DNA of 64,000 nucleotides. It comes from Chiloscyllium plagiosum (taxonomy: Eukaryota). Position numbers and translations under genes: made by a program. This document shows, one piece after another, positions 36,796 through 48,900 of the stretch (the first letter of the stretch is position 1; each line of letters starts with the position of its first letter). The notes below the pieces were generated by a model. The model was given only the letters and a program-made list of their open reading frames with translations. It made no database searches and was not told where the DNA came from. The stretch covers positions 31,404,544-31,468,543 of the forward strand of contig NC_057729.1 in the NCBI RefSeq assembly GCF_004010195.1, written 5' to 3'.

Positions 36796-38172
36796 CGGAT
36801 GTAGGTTTGCTCGCTGAGCTGGAAGGTTCGTTTTTAGATGTTTCGTCCCCATACTAGGTAACAGCGTCAGTAATCCTCTGGATGAAGCTTTGGTGGCCCA
36901 CTTTTTATTTATGTGTTTATATTTCCTTGGGTTGGTGATGTTATTTCCTGATTTCCTGTTATTTTCCTCAGGGGATTGTAAATGGGATCCAAGTTATGTG
37001 TTTGTTGATGGAGTCCTGGTTGGAATGCCATGCTTCTAGGAATTCTCGTGCATGTCTCTGTTTGGCTTGTCCTAGCATGGATGTATGATGTCCTTTCTCA
37101 ACTGTATACAAAAATACTAGTGAGAGCGGACCATGTCTTTTTGTGGCTAGTTGATGTTCATATATCCTGGTGGCTAGTTTTCTTCCTGTTTTTCCAATGT
37201 AATGTTTGTTACAGTTCTTTGTTACAGCAAGGTATTTCGTAAATAACATTAGTTTTGCTTGTTGTCTGTATCGGGTCCTTCAAGTTCATTAGCTGCTGTT
37301 TTAGCGTATTGGTCAGCTTGTGGGCTATCATGATGCCAAGAGATCTGAGTAGTTTGGCAGCCATTTCTGAGATGTCTTTGATGTAGGGGAGAGTGGCTAA
37401 GGTTTCTGGATGTGTTTTGTCTGCTTGTTTGGGTTTATTGCTAAGAAATCGGTGGACTGTGTTCATTGGGTACCCTTTGTTTTTGAATACACTGTTAAGG
37501 TGATTTCCCTCTGCTCTTTGTAGTTCCTCTGCTGCAGTGTGTGTTGGCTTATTGAAATAATGTTCTAATGCAGCTTTATTTGTGGATGTTGGAATGATTG
37601 CTTCTGTAGTTCAGTATTTGGTCCACATGCGTTGTTTTCCTTCAAATGCTGGTTTGAAGTTCCCCAAGGGCTATTCCCTCTACTGTGACATCTAGGAATG
37701 GCAGTTTGTAGTTGTTTTCCTCCTGTTTAGTGAATTTTATGCCAGTAAGGGTATTATTGATGGTCTTGAAGGTTTCCTCTAATTTGTTTTGTTTTGTGAT
37801 GACAAATGTGTCATCCAATTAGTGGACCCAAAGTTTGGGTTGGATGGTTGGCAGAGCTGTTTGTTTGAGCCTCTGCATTACTGCATCAGCTAAGAACCCT
37901 GATATTGGAGATCCTGTGGGTGTTCCGTTGGTTTGTCTGTAGGTTGTGTTGTTGAAGGTGAAGTGGGTGGTAAAGCATAGGTCCACTAGCTTGACGATAT
38001 TGTCCTTGTTGATGAAGTTAGAGGTGTTTGGTGTATGTGTCTTTGGTTCTTCTACTAGTATAGTCAGTGTTTCCTTGGCCAGGTTGATGGATGTGAACAG
38101 GGCTGTAACGTCAAAGGAGACCATTATTTTATCCTCTTCTATCTTGGTGTCTTTGATGGTCTTCAGGAATTC
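36796..38172 (-). mobile_element. 5'-truncated Penelope-like retroelement (RT + GIY-YIG endonuclease, degenerate) with a 3' hammerhead-like motif
   Basis: VSFDVTALFTSI, YRQTNGTPTGSPISG, LWVH*LDD, LPYIKDISE, NVIYEIPC..CNKHYIGKTGRKLATRIYEH, REFLEAWH. 12-bp TSD taagttgtaacc (36784-36795 / 38173-38184). Decayed hammerhead ctgacgc-t-gttacc(tagtat)ggggac-gaaa-catc at 36837-36870. Confidence 0.93.
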
Positions 38173-38456
38173 TAAGTTGTAACCATACAGTAACTGGTGG
38201 TAAGGTGAAGCACCAAATATATATTTTAGAGATACTCATTATGTTTGAGAAAGGAGCAGTCAGAGACAGACCTTCAGGAAATAGACAGAGTGGGAAAAGG
38301 ATAAATACATCTGGAGTCAATAAAAAAAAGTCAATCAGTAATATCAGCAGGCATGTTATGAATTGATTAGCTGGTGACTAACTATTAGGAAATATTAGAT
38401 GGTTTTTGGGAACAAGAATGAAATGCAGAAGTGAGAAAAACATATAAGAAAACTTA

Positions 38457-38584
38457 GGAGAAAGTGAGGACTGCAGATGCTGGAGATCAGAGCTGAAAAA
38501 TGTGTTGCTAGAAAAGCGCAGCAGGTCAGGCAGCATCCAAGGAGCAGGAGAATCGACGTTTCGGGCATAAGCCCTTCTTCAGCT
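38457..38584 (-). mobile_element. Family A Penelope-type repeat with intact hammerhead core (38555-38582)
   Basis: 16-bp TSD catataagaaaactta (38441-38456 / 38585-38600). Minus strand reads CUGAAGA-A-GGGC(UUAU)GCCC-GAAA-CG-UC. Confidence 0.92.
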
Positions 38585-39204
38585 CATATAAGAAAACTTA
38601 AGCAACCTGTAATTACTGAGCTTATAATAATTTAGAGACTCTAGCAGAAGAGAAGGAAGAAAACAACACTTTCAATATTTAAGTTATTATTAAGTGGTAA
38701 AGTTTATTGGATTCTAAGGTTTAAATTAGTATATTAAGTGGTAATGAGAAGAAACAGTAATGTAATTAATAATTAATTCATCATATAGTTAATACATTAT
38801 TCAATTGATATACAATAATAATGGCAGTGTCTGTGATGTGTTACAACTGCAGAACCTGTGAGCCTCTGGACACCAGTTTGATTGAGGTTAAACAGGAATT
38901 CAGGTATGAGCACCTTTGACTTGGTGGAAAGAGCTGGAAGTTGAACTACATGCACTGTAACAGTCTAGGAGGGACAAAGTTACCTGGACAATTTATTGCA
39001 GGACTGATCATGCCCTTTAGAATAAGATATTTTGATTTGACCACCGATCAGGGAAAGGAGAGTGTGACTATGATTGAAGCAGGTAAGAGGAATCAAATAG
39101 TAGGTGTTGCTGTCTCTGCACCTGTCCAACAGTTTTAAGGTACTTTCAGCTTGTTTGGATGAAAGTAAGGACTGCTGGGTAGATATGTAGTCTGGCTCCG
39201 CAAG

Positions 39205-41112
39205 TGAAATAACTGCACAAAAGACAGGTCCCATCACCAAATCACCCTTTATTTAGTAGTGCACAGTACACTGACTGTGACCAGCCAACTTGGTGTCAGT
39301 CCTCAACTGAGGATATTCTCATGTCCTGTTATTTTTTTTTTGCATTGAATTAGTTTTAATGTCTCATTACTCAAATGAGTACATTGAAAAGTTCATAAGT
39401 TGCCACTTATTGCCCCACCTTAGGTACAAAGGTACCTCGATACAATCCTTAGTTACACAGTAGAGAATTGAAGAAAAAGCTTACATTACAGCTATACACA
39501 GCATAACCATGAGTCAGAAAACAAGAAAAGTTAAAATGATAAACATCACAGTCTCTCTCTAAAAGCTTTCTGCGACAGACGCAGCGCAGGGGGCCTCCTT
39601 GTGGTCTGACCACAGGGTACTGGCTCCGCATTGGGCTACTGGCAATCCCACTCTGGCTGCTGTTTGCTGGCATTCCTGTTTCAGGCCACTGCTCATGTCC
39701 TGTTATATTGGTCACCTAAGGCTTTCCTGATTGGCCCAGGTTAACAACCCCAATCAAGAACATCATCGTCAACAAGGTCCACCTGGTCTCAATCACTACA
39801 TTCCTCCCCTACCTATGTCCAAGGATGTACATCTGGTCTTTTGCTTGTAGCTTTTTTTGCGACATTTTCACCCTAGGTCCGGTTCCTCTGATTCTAACTC
39901 TGGCACAGGTAGCATGTACCAGACTGAAGCCCACCTCTTGTGTCCAGAATGTTTCAGGAGAGTTTCCTCCTCTTCTTCCGGCAGCAACAGTATTGAGGCT
40001 GCATCCTTTCAGACTCAGAGGTTTCTTCGACACTAGATGGAGGGAGAGCATGTGTGGTTTCTGGCAAAACTTCTGGCTGTTCTGAGGGGCCAGGGATGTC
40101 TTGCTTTGGCCAGTTTGTGAGGTAACAGTTTTCAGGCAATCCACATTTTTGTTTAGAACTGTATCACCTCCCTGAACCCTATGAGTGACAGAAACTGACC
40201 TTGCATCAACCTCGCCACATACCCATACAGGGCCATTTCCATGGAGCCAAAACCAAACTTCATCCCCTCAATCCTACTTATGGGAGGCATTTGTTTGGCA
40301 TTGTATTCCTGCTGCTGTTTCATGCTCTTTCTGCCAGGTCTGTAACTATCAGGTTTAACCTGGTGCGGTGTCTTCTCCCCATCAGCAACTCTGCAAGAGC
40401 TATCCTGTTGTTGTGTGTGAGGTGGTCCTATAATTGAACAGGAACCGGGATATTTTGGTAATAATTGACACCGTAGGCTGCCTTCAATGTTTGGATGGCT
40501 CTTTCCACCAGTCCATTGGTGTCTTTATGTGCTGGACAAAACCGATAGCATCTTGGGATTAGAGGAGGTTTGCAGTCATAATATTCCTTAACTAACTCTG
40601 TCAACTCTTGGAAGGTTTTAGTGTCTGGTGCTTTTGGGAAAGTTAAGCCCCTTATAATTGAAAATCTTGTGGGTCCACACACATTCAGAAGGATTACTCA
40701 TTGTTTTTCATCTGCGTCAATGTTATTTGCCTGGAAAAAAATCTCATTCTTTCCACATACTGGGCCTAGTCTTCAACAGCAGGGTCAAATAAGCCAAGCT
40801 TCCCAAATAGAGGCATGATGCCAGAAATGCTTACCCCAATTCCAAGATGAGAGTTGTAAGTGAATGTTCTTCAGGCATGTCCTTTTCTTTCCCATCGCCA
40901 CTGAAATAACTACACAAAGGCCAGATCCCATCACCAAGCCACGCATTATTTACTTGTGCACAGTGCACTCGCTGTGGCCAGCTAGCTTGGAGTCAATCCT
41001 CAACTGAGGAGATTCTAATCCCCTGATTATATTGATCAACCAAGGCTTTCCTGATAGGCCCAGGTTAACAACCCCAACCAAGAACCTCATAGTCAATTTG
41101 AACCACCTGGTC
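39205..41112 (-). mobile_element. Internally deleted Gypsy LTR retrotransposon with two ~210-bp LTRs
   Basis: LTRs at 39205-39800 (interrupted; TG..CA ends) and 40902-41112, about 83% identical. PBS-like tggcgatgg lies next to the right LTR; PPT ggggaggaa lies next to the left LTR. Gag KTFQELTELVKEYY.KP...RCYRF is fused to IN TNGLVERAIQTLK. Confidence 0.9.
39333..39691 (-). mobile_element. Poly(A)-tailed retroposon 3' fragment inserted in the Gypsy LTR
   Basis: 15-bp TSD ctcatgtcctgttat (39318-39332 / 39692-39706). T-run at the left end, with ATTAAA on the minus strand just upstream of the tail. Confidence 0.85.
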
Positions 41113-42239
41113 ACTTTAGGAAGCCATTTAAATTGGGAATGAATCAAAAAGGAATGCAATGGTATTAGGGGACAGTACAGTGAGGGGGGGGATTACCACT
41201 GTTTTCTGTTGCAAAGATCAAGAGTTTCTTTTGTGTTGCCTGCCCATCACTAATGTTCCGAACCTCTACTCAAGGTTAGACTGGAACTAACAGTTGGAGC
41301 AGGTAGATTATTTCATCATTGCCCACGTAGGTGCCAATGATGTAGGCAGGACAACAAAAGAGGTTCTGCATAGTCAGTTTTAGGAGGTCAGCACCAAATT
41401 ATGAAACAGAACTTTAAAGATAATCATCTCTGGATTATTACCTGTGTCGCATGCAAATTGGCATAGAGTCAACATTATTAGAGAAATAATTGCATGTTTC
41501 AAAGAATTGAGTCAATGCGCCAGTCGTAGTAGCACTGAAGAATGTGAAGGCCAAATCTGAACTGTGCTGGGACGGGTGTTCTAGTGAACCATATAATTAA
41601 GCAAGTCCAAAGGGTTCTGAAGTAAATAATGGGTAGAAGAGAAGTTATGCTTCAGTTGTACAGGGCATTGTGAGACCATATGTGGAGTACTGTGTAAAGT
41701 AAGGTTCCCTTATTTTAAAGAACGATCTATATTTATTGGAAGCAGTTCAGAGGCTTACTAGGCTAACACATTGAATGAGCATTTGTGTTATGAAGAAATG
41801 TTGAACAAGCTAAGTTTGTATATGCTGGTGTTTAGAAGAAAAAAACGTGACGATTGAAACATATGAAGTTCTGATAGGTCTTGACAGGGTGCACATGAAA
41901 AGGATTATTTCCTTTTGTTTGGGAATGTATAACTAGGGAGTCACTATTTAAAAATAAGAGGTCATCCATTTGGGATAGAGAAATGGTTGCATAGCAAAAA
42001 CAAAATGGAACACTAAGACAGATTAAGTATCCAAATTAGAAAACTAACAACATGAATCAGTTGTTTAATAACTTAAATTAAAAGAATGTTTGTAGGCTTG
42101 AGTGTAGTGTATTATACACTAATTTCTGATGTTGCAAATTATTTTGTTCTCACATCAGGACTGAGGCGAGCTTTGATAATTGTGGCAGATAATTTGCAAA
42201 TTACAAGAAAAACTGGAGACACTTATGAAATAATGTAAA

Positions 42240-42900
42240 CAAGCAAGGTTTGTGAATAAATAAATGGCAGATGCAATTTTTGGTAACAAGAATAAAAATA
42301 TATAGCTGTTTTTCCAATACAATACAGAAGCAAAGGATATTAGGTGTACAAATACTGAAAACTAGTTGGCAGTTTCAAAAAAAGAAGGCAAATGGAACTT
42401 GAAAAGTTATGTCAAAAGATTGAATACAAAGCAAAGAAATTGTGAAGACAGTACCGAATGTGACCGGGCCACATCTGCAACCTTGGCTATAGTTTTAAAT
42501 TATCAACTTGGAGGAAAAGTTGCAATTCAGATGTATCAAATAAGCCAGGTTCAGGAATGGCTACAGCCAATGAGGGTTACATTATTTTGAACTAACAGGA
42601 CAGAGAATGGATTTAATAGAATTGTTCAAAAAGCTAAAAGGAAAACCAAGATAAATATGGATAGGTTATTTCCTCTGGTAGATAAATGAACGATAAGAGC
42701 CATGATCTCAAGTTAAGCACTAGACACATAAAGAGGAGATCAGAAGAAATGTTTTCATTCAGAGTTTTGGAATGTGGAGTGCATTGGCACAAGTGGTGAT
42801 TGATGCTTAATTGATTACAGCATTTAAAAAGAAACTGGATAATGATGTTAAAAAGACTATAAAAGGAGCCAAGAACAAAGAAATAAAATGTGATTAGTTT
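42240..42900 (+). mobile_element. Highly decayed CR1 3' fragment
   Basis: KWQMQF at ~42262, DRLFPLV, RRNVFIQ, AFKKKLD. Confidence 0.6.
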
Positions 42901-45900
42901 GGGAATTAAGAAAATGAAACTGTGAAAACGGCCAAAAGTACAACAGACAAGAAGAATGCAACAGAAACAGAAACATTGTACCAGGTATAATATAATGAAA
43001 ACAGGGACAGTGTAACATTTCAGGAAATAACATTTTCTCAGGATTCAGAATGAATATTTTCTACCTGTGCTAAACCTAATGTTGGATTTCAGTTAAACTG
43101 TGGTTAAATATAGAAATAAAGCTGCATTGCTGTTGTAATGCTGCAAAGAATGTGATATTACAAATGTGTGCCTTAAATCAGAAGCCAGAAGCCAGCCCAA
43201 ACTCAGTGTGCAGGCCCCATTGAAATACTTTGGATGAGCAGCTCAAACTTCAGGAGAATTGAATTTTGAGCTATTATCACACTGGACACTAACAGCAGCC
43301 AATGACAAGTCCTGTAAGTTAAATTGCAGGAATAGGGCTGATCACAGCAGAGAGCAGCCATCAGAAGTGCTGTGGAGCTGGAATGAACCTTCCTGAGCTT
43401 CTTGGCTCCACATTAAAAGCATTAAACATTTCCTTTCTGGTAACAGTTACTTGCCAGGCTATATCCAAAACTTCAAAATCTGAGCCAAAGAGGCTGCATG
43501 CCTACTCCATTCAGTCTGCCCAATTTATTTGAGAGATCTGAAATGAAGGAGTTAGGCCCATTATTTGCATAAGGAAGTAGCCTAATGCCTGTTTTGCATG
43601 GCCACTCCAAACACTTCGAAGTTGTCCACAATTAATGTGAGATTAGCTATTACTTTCCACTCAGAGATCAAGTGCAATAGTAATGATATTTTACACAATA
43701 GGGGCCATATTTTGCAGTTTCCATGTTTGATAGCTGAGGCAGGGGAGGTGGTTGCAGAAGTTTAGGAATTAATTATGATTGCTAATAGTTCCCAGGGTAT
43801 TTCAGAGCATGTGTTGCCCAAGGGCAAGCATAAAGAGTTCCAGTTGCCTTTCAATACCCCTGGTGTTTACCATGTGATTGGTATAACACATTTTAATTAT
43901 CTACCTATACTTCACAGCTATGTCCTTAATATACTGAACAGAACAAAAATCAGTCATTGCAAATGTTTTGCATTGGTTTCAAGTTAATCTTGATCTTGGC
44001 TCATGTGACATAAAAACCTGTTATGACATGAAAATAATACAGAAGTATAGTAAGAAATTATAAATTAATAAATTCACAGAATCTACAATATCACAAAGAA
44101 ACAAAGACATCAAGGACGTCTGTCTTACACTAAAACAGTGACTGCCCATCAAAAGTGTTAAATTAGCTGTACAGCTTTTTGACATGACCTAAGGCTGGGT
44201 AGGGTATTACATAAATGCAAGGGTTTTTTTTATTACTCAACTTGCCCCTGAGACCTGAAGCTGCACAATAGTTACTACAACATTAACACTTAAGTTATAT
44301 TATTGGTTACACTTGATTATGGTTCACATTCGAATGACTAACCATGAGGTTCATGTATCTCCAGTAGTTGGTTTTAGTAACAATACTATCCATTTTAATA
44401 CAATAAAAAGGGCTTAAACTGGATTTATAATATATTTAGAACCTCCAACCAAATGTGTAAGGAGATTGCTGAGAGTACCAATATTGTGAACTGAAGGTCT
44501 CACACCATGAACTAGAGAGGGTCCTCACTGCAGACTAAAGAGGGGTTTACATTGAGAATTGAAGGGACTTTTCATCAGTTGGCATTAGTGCACTGAGGAG
44601 CCAAACCATAATCTGTTCTCTGAATTATAGGATCACTTTCTCATCCGCAGCATTTTGAATCAATTCAGTTCAAAATGGAAGTAAAACTATATCCTGACTA
44701 TTGAAATACGCTAATTCGATATATAAATCTTGTAGTTTTATTGTATCTCAATAACAGAACGTTATATGCATTGAGTAAATTGACAGTGTTGTCTGCAGGT
44801 CGAAAACTGCAGCAGTTTGTGCTTCCAATTGTACCAGGAACCATGCCCGCACAAATGGTCACATCATTATACGGTCAAATCGTGTTGAATAAATCCCTAT
44901 CATCCAACATTACGTATCCGTGAGTAGTGTATATTTATAAATATTTCTATAGAACTTTATGAGTTGACATACCAAACGAACTCATATATAATGCATAAAA
45001 TGCTGCCCAGTTTCACGAAGCGTATTCTGAAAGTCTATTTTCCTTGTGTTTTCCTGGAATGTAATCATGTTCATGTGGCAAAATCCGATCATAGCAAATA
45101 CATTCAACAAAGTTAGCCACAAGAAAATAGTTAGTGAAGCCATGTATTAAATGTTCTGTGTATCGCAATAACTGTTAACTGAATAATGAATCCTCCTCTT
45201 GCCACGGATTCGTGTTTCTTGATTTCCTTCAATTTAACTGCGTCCATTTAGCAACACCACGTCTTAGGTTCTATCTTCAATTAACAAAATTTTGTTTGCT
45301 GTGGAGCTTCTCTTTAATAGACAGCTACTTGAATTAAGATTTTTGTTTTGTCCATTGTTATGAGATAACATCACGTACAGTACAAGTGTCAGCTATATGT
45401 CTTTTGCACACTGAGGGACAATTTGAGATGTCGTCTGAATTATAAGTACCAGAGTTTCCATAAATTCTGAATTTAAAATCACATGAAGATTATTTTTACA
45501 CTGAACATTGTTTTCATTGTTTCTTTCAACCCAATCACCTTATGGAAACTTAGAAAAACGAAGGACCCGGAAAGATCCCGTTTCATTTATCTATATTACG
45601 AATTCTAAGTATGCGTCTAACTACTGAAGTTCATACCTATCTAGTTTCATTTTGAAAGGGAAAATTAACAACAGTGTGCGTGGTTTCTACAGCTGTGGGA
45701 AATACATTCCTAGAAGTTGAATGGACAACAACTCCAGCCTGACGAGGCTGATGAATATTAAGAGATTGCATTAAATATGTACGGGCCAATTAAGTGTCAT
45801 ATTTTCTTCTGTGGATGACATTTTGTTAAATTTCGGACAAAAAAAATCAATCCTTTTTATTGGTGCCAAACGCTCCCTCTCGAGTCTAAATGCCAGCACT

Positions 45901-48900
45901 CATCGCTGATGTATGCACTTCAAGAAAATATAATGTTATTATGTTATATCTCAGCTAGACAAAGAAGTCGCGTGGGCTCAGGGTCCCCCCAGACAAAATA
46001 GCAGGTTTTAAAAGGATAATTTACTTCAAAATTCGGAGAAAATTGATGCTTGCTGCGATGAAAATGTCTCAACCTTCCCTTTACCTTTAAATTAAACGAA
46101 AGGTTTCCTTCAGTGGTCTTTACTATGATTGAATCAGACTCTCCTTATATTTTCAATAAAATTCTGTTCATCTTCACTTTCTAAATCTAATGCGCATTAT
46201 CTTGTCTTCCACCTGATTCTTTGCGCCATGTCTGGACGATTTACTCTCTATCTGACTGCGAATAGCTTACAACGTTGCAACACTTTTTAATTCTCGACTA
46301 ACAGTGCGGACATATATTCTAACTTTTTATTGTGGAAATGATTGTTCAATATATGCATTTGCTTATAACTACATGAATGTAAAGTGTTCCAAAAGGCAAT
46401 AAAATACTTTTATTCAAAAAACATCTCAAAATGCTGCAAAATACATTTTTAGGAATCTGCTGTAAATCGCTGATGTATGCAATATATTTTCTGTGTAAAG
46501 TTTTAACAGGAATTCATTATTCATTTATACTTGCTTATTACCACTTAATGAATTGGATCATTTTAGAATTTATCACGATAAGAGTCGTGCCAAGTAATTT
46601 GAGATGAAATGAATTTCATTTTTAATTAAGCTAACCTCATGGCTAGTTGTAATGTAATCCAGTGCTTGTAAATGTTTTCCTTCTTCACCTTTCTACATTA
46701 GGCCATGGGTTACCTCTGTTCAGATTCAGAGATATAGCATTTTGTCGGCTGGTAATGCAGGATGCGATTGCAGTGAAGAAAAATCCTAAAGCCTTCCTCC
46801 TGCTGACTTCAGTCACGAGTTCAAATGCCCCTGCAAGAACATGCACTGCTGTTGACAGATGTGGGGAAACCATGACAGTTAAATACACAGCAACTATGAA
46901 TATTCGAGATACTCACAATTCTGCAGGAAACCTAGCAGGTTCTTTACTTACCGTATCGGTTCAAAACTAACCTAATATTTGGACATTTTGCTAGACCAAG
47001 AGTCTTTTTTTTCATGTGTTCCAAGTTCATATGTTTATTGTGATAGAGAAACAAGCAAACAGTCGTATTTTACTAGGAATTTGTGTGAGATAGGCACTCC
47101 ACTGAAATATGGGTCATTTAAAAAATAAATTTTCTTATCCCGCATGTAGAAGTGGAAGCAGTTACTATATGTCAATATACCTTTAATCTGAGTAGTGTCC
47201 ATACATGATGTCTGGTACAGTAGCCATTGAAAATGCGGAACAGTTTGCTACTTTTAAAGCAGAAGGTTTTAATTTCGGACTGAGATGACCGTGCCAGTTA
47301 CTTACTAATATTGTAAATAAACCTCAATAATATTGAGTTGTCTACATCAACTCTGCATATCCAGTATTTTATTCAAGCACCGTGTTATGATTTGATCTCT
47401 TTAAATGTTCATCTCTAAACTAGGTTTTAAACTTAATTTTCGAATGCTTCTAACATTGTTTACTCGTTGTTATAGCAAGAACCTAATCTATTTATTCCTG
47501 AAGAGTCTAATTTTATTCCTGTGTTATTTAGCAGCATCAGATCTGTGATTCATTTTACAGAGGTGCCATTATTCCAATATTGTGTGGTCAAAGCACATGG
47601 TCACATCTTCCAGATGTACGTTAGCGTCATTGCTAAAGGTATGATTAGTCAAGACTGTGGCGAATCTAATTAAATTTTCTGTAGTTTTACTGATGTCTAT
47701 AACGACATAAAGACAAAATAAATTTGAAAAACGTGTGAGTCCATTTCAGGCTAAAACTTAAGAATGTATTTCTGGTGTCCAAGCCAACCAAACTGATTAA
47801 TATTTAATGAAAAGGCGTCCCTTGATTGAATGAGAGAAATATAATTAACCCCGAGGTGAAGGGTCTCTGGCCATTTCTCCCGAGTAACAAAAGCTACAGT
47901 TCTTGTTCTAACTCACCAACTGCTTACTTAAGAACTTTCTTTCATTCTGCATCCACTGATGTCAGTGAAAACTTAACAGAGCCATAAAACAAATGACATT
48001 TAAGGGCATCTTAAAACATATTACAGTTACAGTTTGCTCTGTTCGATAGAATGTGTTTCTACCCTTTGTTCTGACAGCCCCTTTCAGTGTGAATAATAGC
48101 TCAAAACTACCCAATCAGAGAAAAAAAAATCAGTTTTCCTTTATATTTTGGAGAGATACTTTCACTTCCGCCGAGTATTCACTGCTGCATGCAGATTTCT
48201 TCCAATTGATCTGTTTCCTTATTTCGTCTGCTGAATGTAAACGCAACATTATTAACTACGTTGGTTGATCAAGTTGATTTGAACAGACGGCAACACTCTG
48301 CTGGGTTGTGACTGTTTAAGCAGGTGCTGTTCAAAATCTTCTCACTTGTCAATGTAGTGTTTACTGTATGGTTTCCTTATAGGTCGTGGACGCCAAATTG
48401 CTGTTGCAAATCAAAGAATCAATGCACGTTCTCTGGTTGGCTAAAGGTAAACTGTTTGCGGAGAGCAGAGCCTTACTTGGTACCAATCATCATATCACTA
48501 GTTCTGCCCAGCTCATTCCTAATACAATTACTTCAGGGATTTGTATCAGCAATATTAAATGAATCGATTTCAAAGTTAGAATGAGTTTTCAATATATATA
48601 TATATTAAATTCGTTAAACTTTTCATATTTGCTTTTCAATTAGTTAAGGCATAACCCGAAATGTCACTGAAAGAAGACTTTGCACCAATATATGTATAAA
48701 TGATAACTGGTACTGCAGTTAATCTGTGCATGGATACTCATGAACAATCCGCAGAAGTTTTAGCCTATTGGTGATTTCAAATCAAAATGTATTAGTTTGC
48801 CTCCAGCAGGTTATAATGGGTCATACAAGGCCAAACATTAAACAAAATCATACTAAGTTTTCACGTCATCTTTTTCAATGTACATTGCTGAAATATGATC

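Larger units (their letters stand above)
38821..41985 (+). mobile_element. Degenerate CR1 ORF1 (Zn-finger start, LSN-F motif, SGNH domain) plus ORF2 C-terminal fragment, split by a Gypsy element; 5' UTR may extend to ~36580
   Basis: MAVSVMCYNC at 38821, LSNSFKVL at ~39122, VLGDSTVRG at 41162, AHVGANDVG, IIISGLLPV; LQLYRAL..EYCV at ~41650. Confidence 0.75.
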
